Virus record (IMG/VR): IMGVR_UViG_3300027608_000024
Location: 9,110-73,109 of that record
Reading direction: 5' to 3' (one strand)
From: a virus
Length of the DNA stretch: 64,000 nt
How positions within the stretch are numbered: position 1 is the first letter of the stretch; each line of letters begins with the position of its first letter. Position numbers and translations under genes: made by a program. A model generated the notes under the pieces. It was not told the DNA's origin. It worked only from the letters and a program-made list of their open reading frames with translations, and searched no databases. Below, piece after piece: positions 16,780-25,349 of this stretch.

Positions 16780-17868
16780 ATGGCATTACCCGCCCCCCAA
16801 GGAGGTGCGATTACCGGAGCAGGTCTTGGTTCAATTTCCACGACCGGTTACTCCAGTGATAGTACCCTTTCACCCGCAATCCAGCAGATCTGGTCCAAGG
16901 AAATCTTGTTCCAGGCTATGCCGGTTCTTCGTTTTGAACAGTTCGCTGTCAAGAAGACCGAGCTTGGCGTTCAGCCTGGTTTGACCATCAACTTCATGCG
17001 CTACAACAACTTGGCAGTCAGCGAAACCGCTGGCGCAGCCTTGTCAGAAGGTGTGCGTATGGAGCCGGTAGCCCTTTCGGCTAGCCAGATCCAGATTACC
17101 GTGTCAGAACACGGACAGGCCGTTGCCGTTACCGAATTGTTGCTCAACGCAGCATTCGATGACGTTATGGCTTCGTCTTCACGTTTGCTCGGTCGTCACA
17201 TGGCACAGAGCATGGACATCCAGGCTCGTAACACCCTCTACTCGAATGGTGTTCCGTTTGCTGGTGGATCAGCTGTAGCTCCGAGCGTTGTCTTCGGTCG
17301 CAAGACCTTGGGTTCAACCCGTGGCTCAATTGCTCCGTACGATGCTGGCACCCTTGGTACCGCTTCGTCGCCTGGCTACCTCAGCCCTGCCTCAATCAAG
17401 GACGCAGTTGAAGTCCTCGCTGGTCAGAACATCCCGCGTTTGGGCGACACCTACGTGTGTTTCGTCCACCCGTCGCAGAGCCGCTCGCTCCGTGACTGGC
17501 CGGAATTCATCGAAGTCACGAAGTACGCCGCTCCCGGCAACTTCATGCTCGGTGAAATCGGTCGTTTGTACGACGTAGTGTTCATTGAGACCACGCAGGT
17601 CAAGCAGGGTCTCACGATTCCTGCTGACATTGACTCAGTGACCGCAGGTGCTCAGGCTCCTGATGCTGCTTCATACAGCGCAATCATGATTGGTGACAAC
17701 GCATTCGGTCACGCTATTGCCCTCCCGGTTGAACTCCGTGACGGTGGTGTCATTGACTTCGGTCGTGAGCACGGCTTGGCTTGGTACGCAATTTGGGGCT
17801 TCGGTGTTATCACCCACGAGTCTCGCGTCATCATCAACACCAAGGGTGGAGCAATTTCGTCCACCTGA
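16780..17868 (+). CDS. Major capsid protein (N4-gp56 family)
   Basis: WSKEILFQAMP.LRFEQFA, GEIGRLYDVVFIET, DFGREHGLAWY; GGAGG RBS; strongly biased codons. Confidence 0.92.
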   Translation: MALPAPQGGAITGAGLGSISTTGYSSDSTLSPAIQQIWSKEILFQAMPVLRFEQFAVKKTELGVQPGLTINFMRYNNLAVSETAGAALSEGVRMEPVALSASQIQITVSEHGQAVAVTELLLNAAFDDVMASSSRLLGRHMAQSMDIQARNTLYSNGVPFAGGSAVAPSVVFGRKTLGSTRGSIAPYDAGTLGTASSPGYLSPASIKDAVEVLAGQNIPRLGDTYVCFVHPSQSRSLRDWPEFIEVTKYAAPGNFMLGEIGRLYDVVFIETTQVKQGLTIPADIDSVTAGAQAPDAASYSAIMIGDNAFGHAIALPVELRDGGVIDFGREHGLAWYAIWGFGVITHESRVIINTKGGAISST

Positions 17869-17891
17869 GTTATTTAGTAAGAATGATGTAG

Positions 17892-17930
17892 TATGGTGGG
17901 GGTGGTTAATCACCCCCACCATATTCATTT
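17892..17930 (+). terminator. Hairpin terminator after the MCP gene
   Basis: TATGGTGGGGGTG-GTTAAT-CACCCCCACCATA followed by TTCATTT. Confidence 0.75.
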
Positions 17931-17952
17931 ATGTACTCAATAAGGAGAAATC

Positions 17953-18219
17953 ATGGCAGCACGTAAGAAGCCCTCAGCATTCACTGCTGAACAAGTTGAA
18001 GATCAAGACGAGTTCGATTCGGAAGACGAAGTTGTTGTTGCAGAACCAGTGACAGTAATGTCTGCTGACAGCGACTACGTAAACGCCCGTGTTAAGGGAA
18101 CATGGAAAATGTTCTGGGGCAGTGATTCTTATGACTTTGTTGATGGTAAGCGTTACAAGCTCCCCAAGGACTTGTATGCCTACCTTCGCAAGAGCAGCAA
18201 CATCTACGACACCCTCTGA
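17953..18219 (+). CDS. Small head-associated hypothetical protein
   Basis: AGGAG RBS; follows the MCP gene. Confidence 0.7.
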   Translation: MAARKKPSAFTAEQVEDQDEFDSEDEVVVAEPVTVMSADSDYVNARVKGTWKMFWGSDSYDFVDGKRYKLPKDLYAYLRKSSNIYDTL

Positions 18220-18227
18220 GGTAACCG

Positions 18228-19577
18228 ATGGCCTATATAATCCCCAATGCAACTGATACCACTTCAGGTAACAAGTATGCAGTTCTAGACCAGGCTGAGC
18301 CAGACTCAATTGACTTTGAGATTCTTGGCAATGACAAGACTGGTGTTATTAGCGGTTGCGCTGTAACTCCTACTGTTGCTGGTAGCAATACTGCAGTATC
18401 AGTTGCTGGGGGTGTGGTCGTACTTAATAATGTGGTTTACACAGTTGCTGAAAACACTTTCGTAACTATCCCACAACCACCCACTACCTCTACCTTTGGG
18501 CGATTTGACTTAGTTGTAGCACGCCTCAGTGGCTCTGCAATGGTCTTAACTGGCCTTTACGGAACAGAGTCTGCGGCAAACCCAACGCACCCTAAGTCGT
18601 CTAGCCGTTTGGTTTCTACAATTGGAGTAGACGTTTTGTCTTACTTCAATCCTGCTACCGATGTGGTTTTGGCTTCTGTGTACCGTGCTCAAGGTATTCC
18701 CACAGTCCTTGCATCACACATTGTTGACAAGCGTCGTGATATCAACACCCCAATTGCCTACCGAGCAGCCGCTTATCCGGCAGCTACCACAGGCGATATT
18801 GGTGATCTTTACTTGCGTACATCAACGCTCTTAACTGGCGAATCTGGTGTGCATGTAAAGCGCGATGCATCTACGTGGATTCAATTAGCAATTACTCCTA
18901 TTGATCCAGGCGTACCGATTGGGACTGTTATTACCTGGGTTTCTCCAGTTGCTCCAAATGGTGCTGTATGGATTGAGTGTAATGGTGATCCAGTTTCCCG
19001 TACTACTTATTCTTCTTTGTATACTGTGCTTACAAACAGTGGAGCTACGTTCCCTTATGGAACTGGTAATGGCTCAACAACGTTTAACCTCCCAGATTTC
19101 CGTGGTTTTTATATGGCTGGCCTACCATCTGCTGGTGGAGCATTGGGAACTGCTGCTGGAAACTTGGACAACGCAATTGATATTGGGATAACAAATATCC
19201 CTTCTCATCAACACAGTATTAACCACGGGCACACTGGAACTGCACAAGACGGTGGGGTACACACTCACACCCCAAGCAACGGTGACCAAGACTTTGCTAC
19301 TCGTGGAAGAACAGAGTACCCACCAAATGGTTACCTTGCATTGTATGACACCAACGGAGACGGTTACGGAGACGGCGTAACTTATGCTGGGGGTGCTGGT
19401 AGTGGTATGGCAATTAGCTATAACACAACTACTTCACCCGCACCCACACATACACACACAGTTGATGTCCCACTTTCAAGTGGTTTGGTGTCTGGTTTTG
19501 CTGGACAATCTACCCCTACCCCTATCAACATCCAGCCAAACACAATGTACGTTAAGTACTACATCCGTTACGCATGA
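18228..19577 (+). CDS. Fibre protein with tail-collar domain (neck/head fibre)
   Basis: PIGTVITW..WIECNG..VSRTTYSSLY..YGTGNGSTTFNLPDFRG; HxH motifs; RFDLVV N-domain. Confidence 0.8.
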   Translation: MAYIIPNATDTTSGNKYAVLDQAEPDSIDFEILGNDKTGVISGCAVTPTVAGSNTAVSVAGGVVVLNNVVYTVAENTFVTIPQPPTTSTFGRFDLVVARLSGSAMVLTGLYGTESAANPTHPKSSSRLVSTIGVDVLSYFNPATDVVLASVYRAQGIPTVLASHIVDKRRDINTPIAYRAAAYPAATTGDIGDLYLRTSTLLTGESGVHVKRDASTWIQLAITPIDPGVPIGTVITWVSPVAPNGAVWIECNGDPVSRTTYSSLYTVLTNSGATFPYGTGNGSTTFNLPDFRGFYMAGLPSAGGALGTAAGNLDNAIDIGITNIPSHQHSINHGHTGTAQDGGVHTHTPSNGDQDFATRGRTEYPPNGYLALYDTNGDGYGDGVTYAGGAGSGMAISYNTTTSPAPTHTHTVDVPLSSGLVSGFAGQSTPTPINIQPNTMYVKYYIRYA

Positions 19578-19717
19578 GTAACCTCCCTAAGCCCACAAAT
19601 ATCCCTGCTCAGCAGGTAGTTTTAAAGCGCACTGTTTCAAGTGCGCGCAACCGAGAGACACAACCCGCTTACAATCAGCCTAAACAGGACACTCTTCCGC
19701 CACCTAGCAACATCTAG
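19574..19717 (+). CDS. Small hypothetical protein
   Basis: ATGA overlap; MSNLPKPTNIPAQQVVLKR... (47 aa) fills the gap. Confidence 0.5.
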   Translation: MSNLPKPTNIPAQQVVLKRTVSSARNRETQPAYNQPKQDTLPPPSNI

Positions 19718-19729
19718 TACACTATAGAC

Positions 19730-20527
19730 GTGGCCACTTTTGCTGATATAAGCACAATTGCTCGTACTTATTTACGAGATTTCCCAAGGTTCTTTCAAGT
19801 AACCTTTGATGCTGCTGGGCGTACATATGAGTTGGGTCATGTCAACATTGACACATCCAGTATCTGGATCGCAACATACACATCTGGTGGGGCTACTACA
19901 GAACTTGCTTCAACTAGTTATGCACTTGATGAGCGTAATGGTATTTTACGCCTCGCTACCTTGCCAGCTTCTGGCTCAAAAATCATGATTGAAGGGTACT
20001 ACTACGAGTGGCTTACCCCTGCTGATCTTGATTTCTACTCGCAGCGCGCTTTAGAAAAGCATATCCGTGACCTTGGCGTAGGTATTGACGGAATGTCTGA
20101 AGTTCTCATTAACGCAATTGGTATTGCCGCCATTTGTGAGTCTTTGTGGGCTCTAATGACCGAGTTCAGCCGTGATATTGATGTGATTACATCTGAGTCT
20201 GTGCACATCCCCGCCAGCCAGCGTTTCCGCATGGCTCAGTCATTGCTATCCCAATGGGAAGGGGAATACCAACGTCACGCCACTGCTCTTAACATTGGTA
20301 TTGACCGTATTGAGGTCTTTAGTTTGCGTCGTACATCACGTACAACTAACCGACTTATTCCGCTATACAAGCCCAAGGAATTTGGTGACTACTCACCCAT
20401 GGAACGCTTGTGGCCCGATGTTGACCCTGGCATCATGAATCGTGAAGTGCTTGAAGACGACTTGCGCACAGATGTTTACATTGACACTACCCCAAGGTCT
20501 GGGCAGACCACTAACGCCTATTACTGA
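19730..20527 (+). CDS. Head-tail adaptor/neck protein
   Basis: Position in the head-tail region; DIDVITSESVHIPASQRF; leaderless TACACT-N6-GTG. Confidence 0.65.
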   Translation: MATFADISTIARTYLRDFPRFFQVTFDAAGRTYELGHVNIDTSSIWIATYTSGGATTELASTSYALDERNGILRLATLPASGSKIMIEGYYYEWLTPADLDFYSQRALEKHIRDLGVGIDGMSEVLINAIGIAAICESLWALMTEFSRDIDVITSESVHIPASQRFRMAQSLLSQWEGEYQRHATALNIGIDRIEVFSLRRTSRTTNRLIPLYKPKEFGDYSPMERLWPDVDPGIMNREVLEDDLRTDVYIDTTPRSGQTTNAYY

Positions 20528-21063
20528 TGGATGTACGTAGAGAACTTGACATTATTAACAAACACTTTCGTAGGCACCATAAGGTAGCTAACGAAACTGT
20601 AGTTTGGTATGAATTTAACATCCTGGGTTCTGCCAGCGTAAACAGTATTTATGATGATGTTTACGACGAAGGAATTCGCGGAACTGGTGGCAAATCATAT
20701 AAAGATGGCGTAATTATCCCAATTATGTTGGGGTCTGAAAATGAAGATCAAAAAAGGGCTATTCCAGAAGCCAGACAGCCTGTTCAAACAATGGACATTT
20801 TTGTGTCAATTAAAGACATGCGTGATGCTGGTATTTCTACACCATACGAATACCGTGACCATTTAAATGATTTATTTTTGTATGACGGACGGTACTATGC
20901 GGTGTATGACTACAAGGTTAGAGGTCGTCTAAAAGACGACATATTTGTCCTTATTTCAGGTCAAGAAACATTTATTAACCAAGAGTTCCTAAATGATCCA
21001 GGCCCTGGTGCGCTTGGTCTAGACAACTTTCCTTGGCCTGCAACACTTCCAATAATAGAGTAG
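20527..21063 (+). CDS. Head-closure (stopper) protein
   Basis: YDDVYDEG and DLFLYDGRYYAV motifs; synteny. Confidence 0.6.
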   Translation: MDVRRELDIINKHFRRHHKVANETVVWYEFNILGSASVNSIYDDVYDEGIRGTGGKSYKDGVIIPIMLGSENEDQKRAIPEARQPVQTMDIFVSIKDMRDAGISTPYEYRDHLNDLFLYDGRYYAVYDYKVRGRLKDDIFVLISGQETFINQEFLNDPGPGALGLDNFPWPATLPIIE

Positions 21064-21067
21064 AATA

Positions 21068-21095
21068 GGAGTACTCAACGAGCGTTGAGTGCCCC
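21068..21095 (+). promoter_or_regulatory. Intergenic RNA hairpin
   Basis: GTACTCAAC-GAGC-GTTGAGTGC, just after TAGAAT (21061). Confidence 0.45.
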
Positions 21096-21121
21096 AACTG
21101 CCTAGACTCGGAGAGTGCGCC

Positions 21122-21502
21122 ATGCGATTGGCTTCCTCAAAACCTTCTTCTTTGAGTCTTTCACTTGCCGCTATTTTGGTTGGCTCTACCGGTCTTAATA
21201 AGCAATTCACTAAATCAACTGGGGTAAATACTAAGACCCGTAAACTTGCAGCTAAGTACCAGGCTGAAGTTCGTAAACACGCCAAGACCCAAGAGGGTTG
21301 GTCTGAAATTGCTGATTCCCTTAAAGTTTCTATTTTAAATAATAATTCTGTAAAAGTTTCAATTGATGGTTCAAATGAAATTAAAGAAAAAGCCAAGATG
21401 CTTGAGTACGGCACCGGTGAAAAATCACCTAATGCCCTTATTAGAACGTTTGAATCTAAGTTTAATGATGATGTACAAATGTCACTTAGGGGTTACAATT
21501 GA
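21122..21502 (+). CDS. Neck/tail-completion protein (HK97 gp10-like)
   Basis: MLEYGT...PNALIR motif; synteny. Confidence 0.6.
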   Translation: MRLASSKPSSLSLSLAAILVGSTGLNKQFTKSTGVNTKTRKLAAKYQAEVRKHAKTQEGWSEIADSLKVSILNNNSVKVSIDGSNEIKEKAKMLEYGTGEKSPNALIRTFESKFNDDVQMSLRGYN

Positions 21503-22203
21503 GTAACGCTGGATTCCTCTTGGCAGAAGATGCTGCTGTAAAAGCCAGATTTGCAAACATTGCTGTTTCGGATGACCGAGAAGCAACTCGCGTTGCTGAT
21601 GTGTTCTTTAGGTATCCGGATGGTGAGAAAGAAAAAAACTACCCATTTATTACCATTGAAAACGTAGGCATTACCCATAATAGGGCGTTACAGCATTCTG
21701 AACAGAACTATTACTACAGTAACGACTTTGCTGGAGCTTCACTTTCGCCGTCCTTTATTGACTACTTTCCGTCAGAACTAGATGCTGCAGGTATGTCTAC
21801 CACCCTTGGTGCAGGCGCTTACTTAAAAATGGATTCCTTTGTGCCAGTTACCTTGATCTACCAGGTATCTACATACGCACGAAGTGCCCTTCATGATCGT
21901 CAACTTACGTCAAAGATTATGCGCCGAGTAGTACCTTTGCGCAAGGGCTTTATTGACGTCCCAGAAGATGGGACAATTCGTAGGTTTGACCTTATGTCTT
22001 GGGGTAACAGTGACCTTCTTGATGGAGAAGCTGGGTACCGCAAGAGGATCTTTAGAAAAGTGTACACAATTCATATGTCAGCCGAGATACCAGCTTCAGA
22101 TATGACTGCCCTCAAGCACGTCACCTCTGTTGTTGGTAAGATAACAAACATAAACAATTCGAGTAATTCTGTATTCATCCCGCCGTTTTTGGAGGTATTT
22201 TAA
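21499..22203 (+). CDS. Tail terminator protein
   Basis: YPFITI, PVTLIYQVSTYAR, FRKVYTI; directly upstream of the sheath. Confidence 0.65.
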   Translation: MSNAGFLLAEDAAVKARFANIAVSDDREATRVADVFFRYPDGEKEKNYPFITIENVGITHNRALQHSEQNYYYSNDFAGASLSPSFIDYFPSELDAAGMSTTLGAGAYLKMDSFVPVTLIYQVSTYARSALHDRQLTSKIMRRVVPLRKGFIDVPEDGTIRRFDLMSWGNSDLLDGEAGYRKRIFRKVYTIHMSAEIPASDMTALKHVTSVVGKITNINNSSNSVFIPPFLEVF

Positions 22204-23778
22204 ATGGCCACATATTCAACTCCAGGTGTATACGTAAGTGAATCAACGTTAGTTAGCAACACCCAACGTTCTAACAACGCCGATTCAACTGCCGTATTCT
22301 TTGGTACTGCCCCGCGCGGTCCACTTGCTGCAACTTTGATTAACTCATGGAGTGGCTTTAAGTCAATTTATGGGGATATCAGTGCTAACAATGAACTTGG
22401 CTACGCTGTCTATCACTTCTTTGCAAACGGTGGTCGTGAAGCCTACATTGTTCGTGTTTTGCACACCTCTGGAAGTGCTCCTCTTGCAACAACTGCTACG
22501 GCAACTGTTCCGTACTACCCAACTGGTAGTGGCTCAGCCTCTGGTTCACTCCTTACGTTGAGTGCAACCAGCCCTGGAGCATGGGCTGACGGAACCTTAA
22601 CCAATAAAGGTTTGTCTGTAAAAGTTAACTCGGACAACCGCACCGGAGCAATTACTGCTACTGCATCGGTTATCCCTACTTTTAACTTGACCGTTTATCT
22701 TGATGGTGCTGAAGTTGAGCGTTGGAATGAGATTTCAACAGATCCAGCAAACAACCGATATGCGCCCACTGTATTGAACACCTACTCCCAGTACATCAAT
22801 GGTGTAGTTGGTGCTTCTGCTGGAAGTGTTACAGCCGCTAGTGCTACTTGGGAATTCATTACTACTGAGAAGAAGTTCTCCGCATCGGTTGATGGAACCG
22901 CAGTTACTGGTGACGACTACACGGCTGCTATTAACAGTAAACTTGAAACCATTGAAGGTGTTCTTATCTTAAATGCCGTTGGGCAAACAAGTAGCCTCGT
23001 TGTGAACGCCCTTATTGCTAAGGCCGAAACTCGTGGTGATTCCTTTGTTGTTATTGACCCGTCAACTTCAACTGATGCTGCAACCATTGGTGCAGGTACT
23101 GTACAGGGTTACACCCCCTCGTCATACGCAGCGGTGTACTACCCAATGCTCAAGATGGCTGATCCAACCAAGACTGGGCCTGCTGCAATTCGTGACACCT
23201 ACCCAGGTGGCGCTGTTGTTGGAGCGTACATTCGTTCAGAAGTGACTCGTACGGTTGCTAAGGCTCCTGCAGGTTATGGCACTGATGTTCGCAATGCGAT
23301 TGGCCTCACGGCTACATTTACACCAACAGAAGCAGATGACCTTTACGCAAAGTACGGAATTAACTTGTTTAAGTCGGTTCCTGGAGCGGGAGTTATCATT
23401 AATGGTACTCGCACCCTTGACAAGCTTTCACCCGGCAAATACATCCCAATCCGCCGTTCGCTTAACTACATTAAGCAGTCCCTTAAGGACGCAACGCAGT
23501 TTGCAGTATTTGAACCTAACGACCAGCGCCTATGGGACCGTATCAGCATGACAACCTCAGCCTTCCTTGGTGAGTTCTGGCGTGCTGGTGGTCTTAAGGG
23601 TGGCAACTCTGCAGAAGCTTTTTACGTTACTTGTAACAGCACCAACAATACGTCAACCAGTATCAACAACGGTGAAGTACGCCTTGAGGTTGGAGTAGCC
23701 CTACAATACCCAGCCGAATTCATTGTAATCAACGTCAGTCAATGGACTGGCGGCTCTAACACCGTATCGAATCTCTAA
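22204..23778 (+). CDS. Tail sheath protein
   Basis: YSTPGVYVSE, FFANGG, KAPAG, INGTRTL, YIPIRR, AVFEPND, PAEFIVI. Confidence 0.95.
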   Translation: MATYSTPGVYVSESTLVSNTQRSNNADSTAVFFGTAPRGPLAATLINSWSGFKSIYGDISANNELGYAVYHFFANGGREAYIVRVLHTSGSAPLATTATATVPYYPTGSGSASGSLLTLSATSPGAWADGTLTNKGLSVKVNSDNRTGAITATASVIPTFNLTVYLDGAEVERWNEISTDPANNRYAPTVLNTYSQYINGVVGASAGSVTAASATWEFITTEKKFSASVDGTAVTGDDYTAAINSKLETIEGVLILNAVGQTSSLVVNALIAKAETRGDSFVVIDPSTSTDAATIGAGTVQGYTPSSYAAVYYPMLKMADPTKTGPAAIRDTYPGGAVVGAYIRSEVTRTVAKAPAGYGTDVRNAIGLTATFTPTEADDLYAKYGINLFKSVPGAGVIINGTRTLDKLSPGKYIPIRRSLNYIKQSLKDATQFAVFEPNDQRLWDRISMTTSAFLGEFWRAGGLKGGNSAEAFYVTCNSTNNTSTSINNGEVRLEVGVALQYPAEFIVINVSQWTGGSNTVSNL

Positions 23779-23788
23779 GGAGTAATAA

Positions 23789-24382
23789 ATGGCACGTTCA
23801 GCTGCAACAGACCCAATTCGTAACTTTAAATTCCAGGTTACGATCAATACCTCAGGCGCCCTTGGTGCCGCTACTACAGGACTAGGAAGCATCGGCTTTG
23901 CCGCTATGTCCGGTCTCTCAGTTAACAACGAAATGGTTGGTTACCGTGAAGGTGGCATGAACACCCACCCGCACAAGTTTATTGGCCAGTCAGATTTTGC
24001 TCCGGTTACATTTAGCCGTGGTGTGTTTGCTGAACAGGACCAACTGTACAAGTGGCAGCAGTTTTTGCATTCGTGGAACCAGGCTTCAAGTGGTTCAACA
24101 AGTGCGGACAATGACTACCGTTGTGACATCCTTGTCAAAGTTTTTGATCACCCTGTTTCTTCTGGTTCATACAGTACCCCTGGTGCCGTAAATGGGAACT
24201 CAGGAAATGTTGGTGATGCTCGTTTTGGTTTCAAGTTGTTTAACTGCTTCCCTGGAACCTACTCATTGAACGACCTTAACGCTGGTGACAGTGGCATTAT
24301 GGTCCAACAGATGACTCTTAACCACGAAGGCTTTGTGATAGCCTGGACTAAAGAAGACGTAGAAAAACTTTCATCAATCTAA
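23789..24382 (+). CDS. Tail tube protein (T4 gp19-like)
   Basis: DPIRNFKF, YREGG, VTFSRG, LNHEG. Confidence 0.92.
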   Translation: MARSAATDPIRNFKFQVTINTSGALGAATTGLGSIGFAAMSGLSVNNEMVGYREGGMNTHPHKFIGQSDFAPVTFSRGVFAEQDQLYKWQQFLHSWNQASSGSTSADNDYRCDILVKVFDHPVSSGSYSTPGAVNGNSGNVGDARFGFKLFNCFPGTYSLNDLNAGDSGIMVQQMTLNHEGFVIAWTKEDVEKLSSI

Positions 24383-24404
24383 TACTTAAACATAGGACTA
24401 CAAA

Positions 24405-25205
24405 TTGACACTTAAAACAGACGCAGACGCGGTTAACTCCGCTATCCGTGAACCAGTTCCTGAACTACACGCTCCAGAAACAGTCTCAGCAACCCTTCAG
24501 CGCGGCCTAATTGACCCTGCTACGGGGTTGTGGCAGGTTGACTCAGAAGTGCGTGAAATGACTGGGGCTGACGAAGAGTACATGGCTTCTTTAGAATCAA
24601 AAAATGCCGTAACTTATGGTGAGTACATGGCAACTTTGCTTAAGAGGACTGTTGTTCGTGTTGGTTCAATTAACATTGGCGATCATCCTTCGGCATTAGA
24701 CAACCTTACAATCGGTGATCGAGACATTCTTTTCTTGGGTGTTATCAAGGCAACCTACGGTACTTCAAAAGACTTCCAAGTTGAATGTGGTAGTTGTAAC
24801 AAGAGTAATGACATTGTTATGAATCTTGATGAGGATTTTCCAATTCAAACACCAAACGTAGATTTACGTGGTACAACAAGTCACACTCTTCGTAAAGGTA
24901 AAATTGTTAAGTTGCGTGTTCCTACGTCAGCAGACAACATGCAAATTGCCAAAAACGCACAATCTGCTTCTGCCCAGAACACCCTTATGATTGCAAAGTG
25001 TGCAGTCTGGGAAGATGGGGAAACAGCACCTACTGACGTTGAGGCATGGGCTAAAACCCTTAATGTTGCCGACCGTAATAACCTTGTTCGCAGCCTCCTT
25101 GAAATCAAGGCTGGCCCGAAGCTCGAGGCGGTGAATGTCCCGTGCGCTCACTGTAACGAAGAAATGGTTATAAGGATCGACTGGATCTCACTTTTACTTA
25201 GCTAA
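24405..25205 (+). CDS. Tail assembly chaperone/baseplate-hub assembly protein
   Basis: VREMTGADEE, LTIGDRDIL..I..ATYG, two CxxC; between tube and tape measure. Confidence 0.8.
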   Translation: MTLKTDADAVNSAIREPVPELHAPETVSATLQRGLIDPATGLWQVDSEVREMTGADEEYMASLESKNAVTYGEYMATLLKRTVVRVGSINIGDHPSALDNLTIGDRDILFLGVIKATYGTSKDFQVECGSCNKSNDIVMNLDEDFPIQTPNVDLRGTTSHTLRKGKIVKLRVPTSADNMQIAKNAQSASAQNTLMIAKCAVWEDGETAPTDVEAWAKTLNVADRNNLVRSLLEIKAGPKLEAVNVPCAHCNEEMVIRIDWISLLLS

Positions 25206-25338
25206 TATCAAATATACTTATTGGGAATACGAACTGATTGCTTCTGTTTACAAAGGGTTTAACCTCTCGGATTTACGGTCAATGACTGTCCGCCAAAGGG
25301 ACTTCTGGTTCCGTATGGCAAAATGGCGTAATACCTAA
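25192..25338 (+). CDS. Start-less +1-frame extension of the chaperone (frameshift product)
   Basis: FYLANIKYTYWEYELIASVYKGFNLSDLRSMTVRQRDFWFRMAKWRNT*; overlaps CTT-TTA. Confidence 0.7.
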   Translation, partial: FYLANIKYTYWEYELIASVYKGFNLSDLRSMTVRQRDFWFRMAKWRNT

Positions 25339-25349
25339 CGGAGGAACCT

